64,000 nucleotides of DNA from Corallochytrium limacisporum Hawaii (lineage: Eukaryota; Protista; Pluriformea). Positions 21,557-34,501 of the stretch are shown here, piece after piece (the first letter of the stretch is position 1; each line of letters starts with the position of its first letter). Where the stretch lies: contig PDIP01000073.1 of NCBI GenBank assembly GCA_002811645.1, positions 230,951 through 294,950 on the forward strand. The letters are read 5' to 3'. Made by a program: the position numbers and the translations under genes. The notes beneath the pieces are model-generated. The model searched no databases. It had not been told where the DNA came from and saw nothing but the letters and a program-made list of their open reading frames with translations.

Positions 21557-21770
21557 NNNNNNNNNNNNNNNNNNNNNNNNNNNNNNNNNNNNNNNNNNNN
21601 NNNNNNNNNNNNNNNNNNNNNNNNNNNNNNNNNNNNNNNNNNNNNNNNNNNNNNNNNNNNNNNNNNNNNNNNNNNNNNNNNNNNNNNNNNNNNNNNNNNN
21701 NNNNNNNNNNNNNNNNNNNNNNNNNNNNNNNNNNNNNNNNNNNNNNNNNNNNNNNNNNNNNNNNNNNNNN
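21557..21770. other. Assembly gap
   Basis: N run; GAGTGGGG occurs on both sides. Confidence 1.
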
Positions 21771-22441
21771 GAGTGGGGGGAGGACGGAATTTGTACTTTT
21801 TGTTGGCAGCAGGCCACCGGGCCAGGAGAAACCGGCAAAAGAAAAAGAGAGAGAAATAAAGGGGGTTGGGTAGAAAACAAGTGTACCAGTACACGGCCTT
21901 TCTTTACCCACACGCACACAACACGGAGAGTGTGTGACTCTTGCGTGGTTGGCCGTGTGCGGTGTAGAACCACTAACCGCTTCCGCAGGATTGGGCTCCC
22001 CCCTTCCCCTCCCTTGCTCCCCAAAAGTAAAACAAAGGAAAGTCCGCAGAATGGAAAAGATTGGAGACGAAACAGATCTGTAAACAGGGGACACCTCTCT
22101 CCCCCCCCTCCCTCCTTCCCAACGCTCCGGAGGTTTTGAGTTTTGCATATACCCGGTACAAGCCGGACGTGATATATTTAGATATGACGACGGTATGAAC
22201 AATATAACAGAAATTTCCACCAGTTGGACAGGGGAGTGCTGACATTTGTTGGAAGGGGGGCCCCTCAGTCCATTGGGACGAGGCGGGAGGTTTGGGGTCG
22301 GGATCGACGGGGAGACGATGATCAAGTGCTCCGCAAAGTCAGGCTCCGAAGAGCAGCAGAAAGGGGGGCGATCCTACTGTAAAACTTTATTGTACACAAC
22401 TATCAACAAGTTCTTATCCTGGAAGGATGGCAAAGGCCGCT

Positions 22442-24502
22442 TCATGACACTCGAACTGCGCCTTCCTCATCGTCGCTAAGCTCGGGCTCAGAATCCCAAA
22501 TGTTCACACCGAGGCCTTTGAAGAGATCCTTCCCAAAGTTGTGCAGGGAATTCAGCACACTGTAAGCTTCCTGTTCGGCATCGGAATCAGCGCCAGATGC
22601 ATCCGTATTGGAATCCTCCAGTTCAGCTCCCAGAATAGCAATCACTTCCTCGGACTTCTTGACCAGGATAGTGGACTCATTGGAGCGGTACTGTTCGAGC
22701 TTATCCTGAAACTCTGCATCCTCTTTGAGGTTGACATGGTATTCCTTCAGTATCTCACACAGAGTTAAGCCGTTGCAAATGATTTCGGGTGCCAGTAATC
22801 CTTGCTTAACTACTTTTACAGCTGCATCACCACCGCCTTCTTGGACGATGCGGCGGCGCAGGTTGACTGGAGGATCCTCGCCCTCTCCCGTGCGCTTCTT
22901 TCGCGACTTCTTGTAGACACCGATGACAGCAAGACTTGTGAGACCCTCGTTTACCATGACGGCATGTTCGCTATTAGTGAGGCGGATCAGGGGCGCAATG
23001 GCCTTCAATCCGATCAGTTCAACAGTATCCTTCGTGGCGCCATAGCGAACGATATTGGCAATCAGACGATAGGCTTCGGCAGCCAGGGACTCAATCTTGA
23101 CGCCTTCGGCCGCGTCAAAGATTACCTTCATCATGCGTGGGTCCCGAGCAATCTTCTCGCACAGATCGGGGTCTCCTATTGTCAAGGACCTTAACACACC
23201 AAAGGCAGGAAAGAGCAAAGCCGGTTCCTCTGCGTTCTTCAAAGCCACAGTCGAGAGCCGATCCGGCAGCCCCTTCGCAGTCATCTTCTGCTTGTTGGCC
23301 CGAGGCAAAGACAGATTCTTCAGAGAGCTCAGGCTGGCATGGACCACCCGCGGATCCTCTGACTCCAGTAGATCCATCAAGTTGTCCACCATTTCGGGGT
23401 AGTCGTTGACAATCTTCGAGCAATTCTTGTCCGACCGGGCCATGTTGCCTGTCGCAATGCAAGACCAGATGGCCACATCAGGGACCGATGTCTTCATCAA
23501 AGTCAACAGTCCGTCCATGCAGATCTTGCCCCGACTATCCATGAGAGCCTGCATTAGCAAGTCATTCATCAATGACAAGCACAGCAGCCGTAGGGAGAGG
23601 ACAGATGACTCAGAGTGACCTGAAGCAATACGTGACTGGGCGAAGCTCAGGAACCGCACTGCAGTATCCAAACCCTCCTCACGAGGCTCCAGGTTCACTT
23701 CCTCAACACAGTCCACCAGCATCTCGAATGCAATGACAATATCCGTCTCATCGTTTGCCTTCATTGCCCAGGTAATGAGGGCATGTAAATGACGGTCCTC
23801 ACGGATGTACTTCTCGACCGTCTCGTTCACACTCAGCGCATTCAACGCACGCATGCATATTCTCTGAACCTCCACATCCCCTGCTGTCATGCATGTCTTG
23901 AACAAGGTTTCGTGCACTGCCATTTTCGCATACTTCTCCGCGTTGGCATCATGGTTGGCACTAGTGTTGAGGATGGCACCGGCGAGCACCCACATCAGGT
24001 CATCGTGAGGCTTGCTGTTGAACTTTTGCCCGAGCAATTCAATGGCTCCTATTTTCAGTAGCTGGTCGCGCACTTTCTCCTCATCGAAGGCACAGTTGCC
24101 AATAGCTCTGATAAATTGGTAGGTGGTCTCAACAGAGTGACTTTCGTCACTCTGCATTGCCGCTAAGATGTTCTCCGGGATCCCAGAGTCGGCAATCGTC
24201 TGTCGCATCCTCTGATCGCGTGCAAGCAGTGCGACACATTCTGCAGCCAGTCCGTGGCCCTTATCCTCGTCGCGTTGTTTGAGTAACCACACCACCATGT
24301 CCCAGAAGCATGCTTCATCTACTTTCTCATAGACTGCAGGGTCAAACTCATAAAGGTGTTTGCGTATCTCTTCGAGGACGCGCACACGTTCTTTTACTGT
24401 GTCCGCATCGTCGAGTTTGAAGATGAGGCGTCCAACACGGTCTCTACGTTGCTCTACTGACAGGACGTCTGGTGTGGAATCTAAGCTCTGAAGTGACTGC
24501 AT
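22442..24502 (-). CDS. RAP1GDS1: Rap1 GTPase-GDP dissociation stimulator 1 (SmgGDS/vimar), ARM repeats
   Basis: ARM-repeat protein with RAIGNCAFD, GAILN, GNMARSD.NC, HASLSSLKNLSLP..NK and SEHAVMVNE.L..L motifs characteristic of SmgGDS. Confidence 0.88.
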   Translation of the reverse strand: MQSLQSLDSTPDVLSVEQRRDRVGRLIFKLDDADTVKERVRVLEEIRKHLYEFDPAVYEKVDEACFWDMVVWLLKQRDEDKGHGLAAECVALLARDQRMRQTIADSGIPENILAAMQSDESHSVETTYQFIRAIGNCAFDEEKVRDQLLKIGAIELLGQKFNSKPHDDLMWVLAGAILNTSANHDANAEKYAKMAVHETLFKTCMTAGDVEVQRICMRALNALSVNETVEKYIREDRHLHALITWAMKANDETDIVIAFEMLVDCVEEVNLEPREEGLDTAVRFLSFAQSRIASGHSESSVLSLRLLCLSLMNDLLMQALMDSRGKICMDGLLTLMKTSVPDVAIWSCIATGNMARSDKNCSKIVNDYPEMVDNLMDLLESEDPRVVHASLSSLKNLSLPRANKQKMTAKGLPDRLSTVALKNAEEPALLFPAFGVLRSLTIGDPDLCEKIARDPRMMKVIFDAAEGVKIESLAAEAYRLIANIVRYGATKDTVELIGLKAIAPLIRLTNSEHAVMVNEGLTSLAVIGVYKKSRKKRTGEGEDPPVNLRRRIVQEGGGDAAVKVVKQGLLAPEIICNGLTLCEILKEYHVNLKEDAEFQDKLEQYRSNESTILVKKSEEVIAILGAELEDSNTDASGADSDAEQEAYSVLNSLHNFGKDLFKGLGVNIWDSEPELSDDEEGAVRVS

Positions 24503-25431
24503 GGTCACTGTACAATTGACTCTATACGTTTCGGGCTAAGCTCTCCATTGCACCACTCCCATGCTACACGTTTCTTGTGGATTGGTAGTGATGGACGACA
24601 CAGACCCGTGGGCATGTATACGCGACTGGCTGGCTTCACATAGCACAATGTGAGGCTGCCTGATCGGCGTCCCCATCATAGGTTGCCAAAAGACCACGGT
24701 GCCATGGGCGCACAAGAGCACACAAACGCACACATACAAGGATAACAGTCTGGAATCGCTCCGGCGCTCTCCCAGCGCCACGCATCGAACGAAGAGGTCC
24801 TCACACTGTACCGGGGGGTTCTCCAGCAACGCCAGCCGAATGGCGCGCAACAGGACCCTTCCCTCAGCTTGTTCTTGCCTTCGGGTCAGACAGCGTCCGC
24901 ACACGATAATTTTATACAAGTCCACATAAAAGAAACAAATTACCATATATTTACAATCATATTTTTATTTGTTATACCCGGAAAGACGTCGCCCCTTCAC
25001 ACAGAGATGGCGTCGAAGGTGTGGACGCTCAGTAACGAAAAAGTGGCCGACGCTGCGCTGTGCCTTGGGGAACAGGACATTTTTATATACGGATAGTTGT
25101 TAAAATATCCGTGGCGGCTTGGCCGAGGGTCTCATGGGTCCCAAGTATGCGCAGCAACCCGTGACTGACAAGGACCAGAATGGTAGACCAGCCAACTGTG
25201 CCTTTTCCTTTGTGGTCGTGGCTTCCTGTGATGATCTGGATTGGATTCGTTTTTGGTCCTGAACTGTTGATTATGCAGGTATTCGTATGGTAAGAAAAAA
25301 CCACTTTCTTTGTGATCCTCTGGCAGTGAATGAGGACAGAACATTAACAGTCCACGAGGGGCTGAATGTATAGAGGACGACCCGTAATGTCGAAGTAGAT
25401 TTATGATCACAAGGGTAACTTTGAAAAAACG

Positions 25432-26100
25432 ATGTCGTGGACTAGTAGAATAGTGTGCTCGTCTTTGGTCCGTGGCGCAGGACTGCGGACATTCTCTACC
25501 ACAGCGAGTGTTCGCGCGTCCGCTCAGGCACCAGAACGTCTAGTGTCGTTCCCGATATTCACTCGGAAGGGCAAGAAGTTTACACAGCATAACCGGGCGA
25601 CGCCCGTGAATCCAACAGTTCTATACGAGTCAGAAGGAACTCCCATTTTTATGTTTGGCCTCATTGCCTTTGCATTTGCTGGCTATGCGTGCTTCGGGCT
25701 GTTTGAACTTCTGAAACCTCCGTCATGGAAGAACAAGTACCGCGACCGGAATCTCGCCAAGGAAGGTTCATGGGCCGTGGCTGGTCTGTCTGCTGCATGC
25801 ACGGCAACAGGGTTTTTGGGTTTGACCATGCTATACTTTAGTGGGTTTCGCATGGTGCGTAGACTGGAACTGATTCCCAAGGAGAATCTCTATCGGCTCG
25901 ACGTCAGCAACTTTTGGTTGGGCACCCGTCGGGTGGACCTGCAGGCCAAGAAGAGTGCTTTCTGGGCCCCTTCGTACGTCATAACCGTCGCAGAGATGAA
26001 TGTGCAAAAGATCGAGGCCAAGGCACACTATGTCATGTTTCCGGTAGCCAACTGGAAACGCCCCGATGTGCTGGGCCCCGCTTTGGTTCAGAGCAAGTAG
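25432..26100 (+). CDS. Mitochondrial membrane protein, TMEM223/TMEM70/TMEM186-like
   Basis: Presequence (RTFSTTASVR), VLYE before TM1, and a second TM followed by R.VRRLEL, the layout of this clan. The family call is tentative. Confidence 0.65.
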   Translation: MSWTSRIVCSSLVRGAGLRTFSTTASVRASAQAPERLVSFPIFTRKGKKFTQHNRATPVNPTVLYESEGTPIFMFGLIAFAFAGYACFGLFELLKPPSWKNKYRDRNLAKEGSWAVAGLSAACTATGFLGLTMLYFSGFRMVRRLELIPKENLYRLDVSNFWLGTRRVDLQAKKSAFWAPSYVITVAEMNVQKIEAKAHYVMFPVANWKRPDVLGPALVQSK

Positions 26101-26728
26101 ATCTTCGACTTATCGACGGTGTCACTTAAAGAAAACGTAAGCCCTGGCTTTAGTAAATATCCCGGTTTTGGTCCTTTGGGAGCCGATTTCTCAGCATTCT
26201 TCATAATAGATCACACATGTACCATGCTTGAACCCCTGATGTTCTAATGTTGTTTGATTGTTGATTTCGGATATCTAAATCTTATACTCTTTTGGACTTA
26301 TTTGATGGAAACTTTAGTTTGGAGAAGTGGGCTCTTCGTCCGGGCATGAAGCATTGACAGGCCGGGAATGAATATCACACAAGGTTGCCGGCCAAAAGCA
26401 TGTCTCTTATGCCAGCGGGAAAATGCACACCACGCGCGTGGCAGCGAAGTCCGGATCAGTCACTGCTGACTTTCACGTTTTTCTTTTGTCTCCCTACGAA
26501 AATCAAAACGGCCCACAGCAGCGAATGATCGAACCCAGACTGCGGCATGGGACCTCGGTTGTGCTCTCTCTCTCTTCGATCCCTTGTTCCGTCCTCAAAA
26601 CAGAGCAAGTAGTGGATCCCCAGTGGATTTCAATCCCAACCAATCTCAACGATGCAACCGCCCTTTGAAACAAACCCATTGTCTCGAAGCACATAGAAAA
26701 ATCTGGTAGAGAATTTTAGCTATGTCAT

Positions 26729-28405
26729 TTAGATCTTGGGACCGGCAGCCTGGACTTCAGCGCTGGCCTTGTCAGCGTAGTTCTTGAAGTTCTCGTTGAA
26801 CATGTTGGCCAGCTTTCTGATGGTGGCACCGTACTGAGCCTTGTCAGCCCAGGCAAGCTCGGGGTTCAGCATTTCCTTGGCGACGTTGGGCATTTCCTTG
26901 GGGATCTGCAGGTTGAACACGGGGAAGGTCTCGTACTCTGTCTTGGCCAGAGAACCGTCGTGGATACCATCAATAACGGCACGGCTAACCTTGATGGGCA
27001 TGCGCTTGCCGACACCGAAGGCACCACCGGACCATCCGGTATTTACGAGCCAGGCATGGACCTCGTGCTCGCGCATCTTCTGGGCCAACATCTCTGCGTA
27101 CTTGGTAGGATGCCAGACCAGGAAAGGCTGGCCGAAGCAGGCGCTGAAGGTGGCAGTGGGCTCCACAATGCCCATCTCGGTACCCGGGGTCTTGGAAGTG
27201 TAACCAGAGATGAAGTGATACATGGCCTGTTCAGGCGTCAGCTTAGCGACCGGAGGGAGGACTCCGAAAGCATCACAGGTCAGCAGAATGATGTTCTGGG
27301 GATGGCCACCCACGCAAGGAAGCTTGGCATTGGGGATGTACTCGATGGGATAGGAAGCCCGGGTGTTCTCGGTGAAAGTGGTGTCGTGGTAGTCGACCTC
27401 GCGGCTGATGTCGTCCATGACAACGTTCTCGAGGATGGTTCCGTACTTGATAGCATTGAAGATCTCGGGCTCCTTCTCGGCGGAGAGATCGATGGCCTTG
27501 GCGTAGCAGCCACCCTCAATGTTGAAGACACCGTCTGCAGACCAGCAGTGCTCGTCGTCACCGATCAGGGCACGCTTGGGGTCAGCGGACAGGGTGGTCT
27601 TGCCGGTACCGGACAGACCGAAGAACAAGGAGACATCGCCATCGGGACCCTCGTTGGCGGAAGAGTGCAGGGACAGCACACCCTGCTTGGGCATGAGGTA
27701 GTGCATGATGGTGAAGACACCCTTCTTCATCTCACCGGCATACTGGGTACCAAGGATAACAAACTCCTTGCGCTTAAAGTTGAGGGAGACGCTGGTGGCG
27801 GAGGTCATACCGCGAGTGTACTGGTTGGCAGGGAAGGCACCAGCGTTAAAGATAGTGTAGTCGGGCTCACCGAAGTTGGCCAGCTCCTCCTGGGTGGGGC
27901 GGATCAACATGTTGTGCATGAAAAGGGCGTGGTAAGGGCGAGCGCAGATGACGCGAATCTTCATGCGGTACTTGGGGTCGTGGCCAGCGAAACCGTCAAA
28001 GACGTAGAGACGTTCCCGGGTGTTCAGGTAGTCCACAGCACGCTCACGGTTGATCATGAAACTGGACTCCTCGAGCTTCATGTTGACTGGTCCCCACCAG
28101 ACATCGTCCTTGCAGGTCTCTTCCTCGACAATACGCTTGTCCAGGGGAGAGCGACCAGTCTTGGCACCAGAGCGGGCGCAGAGAGCACCGCTACTAGAGA
28201 TGACGGTTTCCGGCTCGTACTTCAAAGCCTCCTCGTACAGAACGGCGGGAGAACCGTTGCGGATGATGACGTGAGACTTCAGACCGGATTCCTCCAGAGT
28301 ACGGCAGACATCGTCCTCAAAGTCAACTGCGTCAGCGACCTTTTCGGTCGTCTGGTGAGCTCTGAGGGAGGTCTTAATGGAGTTGTAAATCTGGTTGGAA
28401 GACAT
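26729..28405 (-). CDS. PCK1: Phosphoenolpyruvate carboxykinase (ATP-dependent)
   Basis: [52 protein letters not shown] and CDAFGVLPP motifs; strong codon bias. Confidence 0.98.
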   Translation of the reverse strand: MSSNQIYNSIKTSLRAHQTTEKVADAVDFEDDVCRTLEESGLKSHVIIRNGSPAVLYEEALKYEPETVISSSGALCARSGAKTGRSPLDKRIVEEETCKDDVWWGPVNMKLEESSFMINRERAVDYLNTRERLYVFDGFAGHDPKYRMKIRVICARPYHALFMHNMLIRPTQEELANFGEPDYTIFNAGAFPANQYTRGMTSATSVSLNFKRKEFVILGTQYAGEMKKGVFTIMHYLMPKQGVLSLHSSANEGPDGDVSLFFGLSGTGKTTLSADPKRALIGDDEHCWSADGVFNIEGGCYAKAIDLSAEKEPEIFNAIKYGTILENVVMDDISREVDYHDTTFTENTRASYPIEYIPNAKLPCVGGHPQNIILLTCDAFGVLPPVAKLTPEQAMYHFISGYTSKTPGTEMGIVEPTATFSACFGQPFLVWHPTKYAEMLAQKMREHEVHAWLVNTGWSGGAFGVGKRMPIKVSRAVIDGIHDGSLAKTEYETFPVFNLQIPKEMPNVAKEMLNPELAWADKAQYGATIRKLANMFNENFKNYADKASAEVQAAGPKI

Positions 28406-28958
28406 GTTTGGTTTGTGCTGTTATGTGATTAAGGCTGGGAAAGGTATTGTCAAACCTAATCCACAGGCTAACCTATGAGTATGCTTTGCGGCTCTGGTGG
28501 CTGTGGGTATCAACTGAGCCGGTGTCCTTCATGTAGCTTGTGTTGATCACATGTTCCTGCTATCTCCAGCGACACTCTGTGCTTGGCACAAGTGACTTCA
28601 GCAGTGCACCCCAAACCGCGAGAACATGACCACACGCACACAGGCACCCAGACAAAGGTTCTCTGAAGAAAACAGCCAAATTTTTTGCTCCTTTGACATC
28701 CCTTAATCGGTAAACACGCTTCCTTCCTTCTGCCTGTTCTTTCCTCACAACACACACACACGCACGATCACTCACTCGCTCCCTATTCACACACGCACCA
28801 CACCACCCAACAAAATCCTCCACCGCCAGCAAAAGCTGTAAAGTGCTAACAAACCACACCCCGACTCCGAAGGAGGGTTGAGAAGCAAAAACATCGTGGT
28901 CGAGTGAAACAAGGAACGATCCAACAACGGGATGGAATCAGGAGCGGTGAGAGGGGAG

Positions 28959-29000
28959 ACACACACACACACACACTCTCTCTCTCTCTCTCTCTCTCTC
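28959..29000. repeat. Compound microsatellite (AC)n(TC)n
   Basis: Seen directly. Confidence 0.95.
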
Positions 29001-30214
29001 CCAGGTTGGCCAGCGACAGTCCAAGCACCCTAGCAAATAAGTCAGCCAGCGCAGGCTCTGCGTGGTGGTCTGCCTTGTCGTAAGGCACCGCCGCCCCCCC
29101 CCTTCTCCACCCCCGCGGCCGTGCGTGCAAGGGGCACTTTTGCCCGTCCACCACGCTCGCTTCCCTCTTTTTTTTTGGCTTTGATTTCTTTTCTCTGTCT
29201 TTTTTAAAGGCAGTCAAAATTAAAAGAAAACGCCCAGATAAGACATCGTTCGAGGGACCGTGGCAAGTATGTGACCGAGGGGCGGTGGGAGACAAAAGTA
29301 GCCAGGTCAGGTTTTTCCTTTTGTTTTTTTATAAGTCTTTCTCTTTTCCATTTTTCCTTGGCTCTATAAACTTCTCTTCCGTTTGTCGCCTTCAACTCTT
29401 TCTTTCGTCTCCTTCTTTCGCTCGCCGCAACAACGGCAGAAGGCAAGTTTAGACATTTTCCAAAAAAAACTTGCGCATTGCTGCCCGCAAGTGGACAGTT
29501 TAGGATCCTTTCCTTCCTATTTCTGCGTATCTTTGACGCCGATTCTGTGTTTGTCCAAGGTCGCGCGCGATGGAGCCCAAAAAAAAAAAGAAGACAGAGC
29601 AAAAGCACCAAACAGCCAGCCAGCCAGGCAGCCAGCCAGCAGCAGCAGCAGTGAATTCATACAAATTCCGTCTTAAAAGGTGGCCATCTCATCCCTCTCT
29701 CTCTCACTCACACACACTCTCTCGCTCACCCAAAAATTTTATCGTTTGCACCACGCGTGCCGTGTGGATCGAGCAACGGGCGATGATTTGAATGCGAGAG
29801 ACTTTTTCTCAGTGTGCCCTGAACAACACACCCCCGGCGCCGCCCCCCCCCACCCCCCCCGGCGGGGGCTGGGGAGGGAGCGAGAGAGAGAGAGAGCCAC
29901 ACACACAGGCCCCGAGCTTTGGATCGTTGCGAACGCCGCCTCGGAGGGAATAAAAAATCTGCCCTGTGTGGGCACGCTCGCTGGTGCCGTACTCACTCAG
30001 TGATAGTTGCGCTCTGTGTTCTATCTCTCTCTCTCTCACCGCGTGTGTTCGAGAAGCAAAAGCAGGACCGATGAAAAGGACACCATTCAATGCAAAAGAA
30101 TGAAAAAATACACACACAAACACAACACACGCGGCACCCTGGCAATTTTTTCCACAAGAATTTATTTATCATTCGTCCGCATCTCGGGAGCATGAGAGAG
30201 AGAGAGAACTCAAA

Positions 30215-30254
30215 AGAGAGAGAGAGAGAGAGAGAGAGTGTGTGTGTGTGTGTG
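30215..30254. repeat. Compound microsatellite (AG)n(TG)n
   Basis: Seen directly; reverse-complement arrangement of the 28959 repeat. Confidence 0.95.
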
Positions 30255-30832
30255 GGAGGGTAGCAGACTACCGGCAAATTCATTCCTGTCTTTCTATTTT
30301 CTTGCTTCGGTTCTTCCCTTATCCCCCTACTCCGTGCACTGCCACGAAGAAGACATAAAAGACACAAAGAAAAAACAAAATTTTGACAGAACGTTTGGAA
30401 TTTCACCGGAGATTAAGGCCTAGTGGCCCCAAGAAAACCAATGAGTCACAATATTTTACCGCGGCACATTTGCCTGGGCAGTTGGCATGGGATAGTGTTT
30501 GTTTACACGCATACGTTATGTATAGAGAATCCCGTTGGGCCGTTCAGGAGACCTACGCATGGACCGTCCAATGTTACCGAGGACGGCGGACCTTTTCGGT
30601 GCGGGGCAGGGAGCGGGGGAGGGCGAGCGGCCGGCGGGGGAGAAAGGGGAGCCAGGGCAGTGAGCACACCGCCCGAGTCACTATAGCTACCCAGACTCGC
30701 GCGCTCCATAGATTTGCTAATTCCCAATACTAAATATATTGCATAAAACAGCAACCAGTGGTCGGTGGGGAGTGAGAGATTAAAACAAGAAAAAAACTAG
30801 ACTTCTTGCAAAGCGCACTGGCCCCCCCCCCC

Positions 30833-30978
30833 NNNNNNNNNNNNNNNNNNNNNNNNNNNNNNNNNNNNNNNNNNNNNNNNNNNNNNNNNNNNNNNNNNNN
30901 NNNNNNNNNNNNNNNNNNNNNNNNNNNNNNNNNNNNNNNNNNNNNNNNNNNNNNNNNNNNNNNNNNNNNNNNNNNNNN
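30833..30978. other. Assembly gap
   Basis: N run flanked by poly-C. Confidence 1.
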
Positions 30979-33900
30979 CCCCCTCCCTGCCACACACACA
31001 CACGCACTCTCTCTCTCTCCCCTTTCCCCGGGGAAGGAGGGTGATCGCGGGAGGCCGCACCACCACCCCTGTTCTCTCTCCCAAAAGTAGTACATAAACT
31101 ATGGACTACCCGAAGTGCGAGAGGCAGATGAGAGAGAACGAGCGAGACATGACACACACAGAGGAGAGAGAGAAAAGCCAATGCTGAAATACACAAAAAC
31201 ACACGAAGAAAAGTTTTTCCTCAATCAGCCCAATTGAGCTATACGTCCTGGAGATAAAAAAAAGTTGGTCGCGTTCTCATGCAGCCTGCACACCGCCCCG
31301 TCCTTCTTGCCTTCCCCGCTGCGACGGGAAGAAGGGGAGGGGGAGGGGGCCGGTCGTCAGCTGGTGGCAACCGGTACTGAGAATATGGAAAATCAGTGGG
31401 GGCCGATGAAACCAAAGAAAGTAATAGACGGGAAGGGAAGGGGGGGGGGAGGGGAGAAGTACAAACATAGCGACTGAGAGTTCCGAAAATGGCAACGAAG
31501 GAATACACACTGTGAAAGATAATGCAAAAAAAAATACCAGAGACTCGATTCATATTAAGCACAGCCAGTCACCGTGTGACCGGTTCTATGATGAATGTAC
31601 GGCACATTGAAGGCGTTAGGACGGGGCAAACTCGCGGATGAAAAGGAAGAAGAAGGGTGTGCGTTGATGATATTCATTTTCGACACATGCGCGCAAATAC
31701 CACACACCGCAGGCAAAAAAAAAGGGTATAAAAAAGAAGAGGCTCACAATGAACGATTGCTCAACCAGCAAAATAAAACCCACCGTTTCAGGCACACGGG
31801 GCTTAGGTGCGCGCGCGCACCAAAACACCCCTCTTCCCCTCCCCCCTCCCCCGGCGGGGGGGGGCGAGCGTTTGTCTTCTGCCTCCTTGGCTCTGTCTGT
31901 ACTCGCCACCAATACCAAGCAAACACCGAGGAAGCGCGAGAGATACACACCTTTGCATAGATTTGCAAGTACGAGTGTTGTCTGATACGTCTCAATATAC
32001 CCCACCACCGTTTCATCAAGCACGCCACACACACACACACAAAGACATCCCAAGACAGGAATTTGTGATTTTGTTTTTTTTGTTATTTTACTTTTTGTGT
32101 GTATTGTCCGAATGGCTTAGGTTGGGATCGCGAGCACACGGGGTATAGGACACACTCCTCCAACTCGTTCTCCCGAGGCCCTCTTTTGTGTGTGTGTGTG
32201 TGTTCTCTCTCTTTGGGTGTTTTTTTTCTTTACTTTTCTTGTTTAGTTGTGATGTCACCTGAACCACCAAACACGCCTAGGAGCAAAACGTCGCTTCCCC
32301 CCTCCCCACCTGGGGAAGGGGGAGTGGGCGGTTGGGCCTCTCCGCTGTGTTTTCTTTTTTTTTGTTTTACCAAAAGTCTCTCATAGTTTAAATCTTCTTC
32401 GGTGTGTGTCTATAGAGAAAGAGAGGCGGGAGGGAGGGCGTTGAAGACCGTATCCAAAAAAGAAAGAGAAAATCGGAAATCGCGACAAAAGGGCCGCCAA
32501 AGGGAGCGGCTTTTTTGTTTAATCGTCCCCTGCCAAGGTGCCAAATGGGCGACAAAGCGGAGAATTTATTGACGGGCGGCGGGCCATTTTGTATGCACTA
32601 GCACGAACTCTAGTACGAGACATGTGAACTGATTTCGAATGTGTCTGTGCACCAAAACGCAAAATCGGAAGCAAAAGGAACGAAAAAAGTTTCATGTCGG
32701 AATCAACCCCCGCAGAACGCCAGTGCCAAAAATGAACAATGAAAAATACCAACACCCGCCCCCCCCAACCCCCCCATCGCCCACCAAGGAGAAAAAAAAC
32801 CACCCAAAGGGAGAGATAGAGAGATACCAAACCACCAATCCAAGGAAAAATCTTTTTCAAAAATTTAACCGGTGTGACAGAGAAGTGACCAAGAAAGGAA
32901 TCCAACAAAACTCACTCTCAGCCACGACAGAGCTTCTATTTTGCTGTTGGTTGTTTTCTTTTTTAATTGTGTTATATTCCTGCCCCTTCTTTTGGCCCGA
33001 TACCGCGCGTACATTCGTCAGGGATCGCTCAGCTATTTATAGAATGCTATGCCCCGAACCGCAGTTAAAAGAAATGGAATTAAGAGAATATTTTTGTTTT
33101 TCTTTTTGGGACATAGCTCCGCCAGGCTGTGCTTGTGAGGAAGTGTGCCAATATCCTGCCCAGGATTGGGGTTCGGTGGGTACTGGGTCCGGTTGATTAG
33201 AGATAAAAGGGAGAGGTGGTGGTGGGGTTCGACCTACCCTCCCGCAGAGGGGCCTGTCTTGGGCACGGGCCCTTTGGGATATTTTAGCTTGGCGAAATAG
33301 AGGCCAGTCACCCCGTTTCCCATACAATTTCTTCATACGTTCTCTATAAGGCTTTTCACGTGTCTTGTGACGGGGGCCTCCTCGGGGCTCCGGAGAGGCG
33401 GGTTGGGATTCTTTCCGGGCCAACACTCCTCCGTTCTCTCTGTCTCTCTCACACACACTCTCTCTGCCTCTCTCACTCTCTCTCTCTGGGTGCGACCGGA
33501 GCTCTCGTGCTTTTATTTCTGCCAGATTAAAGTTCTACTGTGACTGTGGGTGTATTTTTTTCATATTTTCTCGTCACGCTTTTGGGGCCTCCCCTTCTGT
33601 TTTTCCGTCATTTTCCCACAGACGCAGCACCGTTCTTGCTTGCACCTCTTCCTCTTTCTTTCTACTGCCCTGGCAAAATTTCCCCGGATTGCTGACAGGA
33701 GTGACAAGGCAGGACGGTAGTGCAGCAACACACCGGTAAAAAAATATAGCTACTAACTACCTTTAGCGCTGCTGCTGTCGCTTGCTGGTCTTGTTGTAAA
33801 TTCAGGGGCTGAAAGAGTCCGGAACCAAAAAAAAACATTAAAACTTTAAAAGAAAAAAAACACTAAATCAAAAAGGGAGGGGAGAGGAGGAGAGCACGCC

Positions 33901-34480
33901 TGGCTGCTGTGCTTGCTGAGCTCAGAGGGAATTGACGTGCGCCGCACAGGGGAGGCGGCCGAAACACGCGGGGTGGCGAGAGCCAAGGGGGGGGCAAGGA
34001 AGGATGGGTTGTCTCTCGCTGTGGAGCACGGGTGTGATAGGAGAGGCCGCTGCCCCGGGGTGCATCGGTGTGGAGTCAGCAACACATACACATACTCGCA
34101 CGTACGTACATTCCTCTCGCACACGCACGCACGGATGTGAGAGACTGGCGCAGCGTGTCGGCATAACTCGTGTGTCGGGTTTCCGTTGACCTGTTTTGTC
34201 CCGGATTTGTCATCCTCTGTTGTCGATCCTCCACGCTGTGCTGCGGGGGAGAGAGACAGAGAGGGCCAGGTTGTGATCGGCACTGTCAGGTCAAGAGACA
34301 ATGATCCCTTTCTGCAGTAGTGATCAGCTAACGAGTGGCACGCCAGGTCATCATGGAGCACGGCACGCCTCACTTAACCACGCAATGCACACCTAAGGCG
34401 AGATGGGCCACTATCACACATGAAACAGACGAAAGGGGGAGACATGAACAGCACGCAGGGCCTACGCGGTCTTCAGCGTA

Positions 34481-34501
34481 TGGTGGTGGTGGTGGTGGTG
34501 G
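34481..34501. repeat. (TGG)7 microsatellite
   Basis: Seen directly. Confidence 0.9.

Noticed and set aside
20922-22325. ORFs spanning N gaps (also around 30800, 55400 and 61100)
   Set aside because: Artefacts of translating through Ns and low-complexity sequence.
26729-26740. PEPCK C-terminal PKI as a peroxisomal PTS1
   Set aside because: Deviates from the [SAC][KRH][LM] consensus at two positions.
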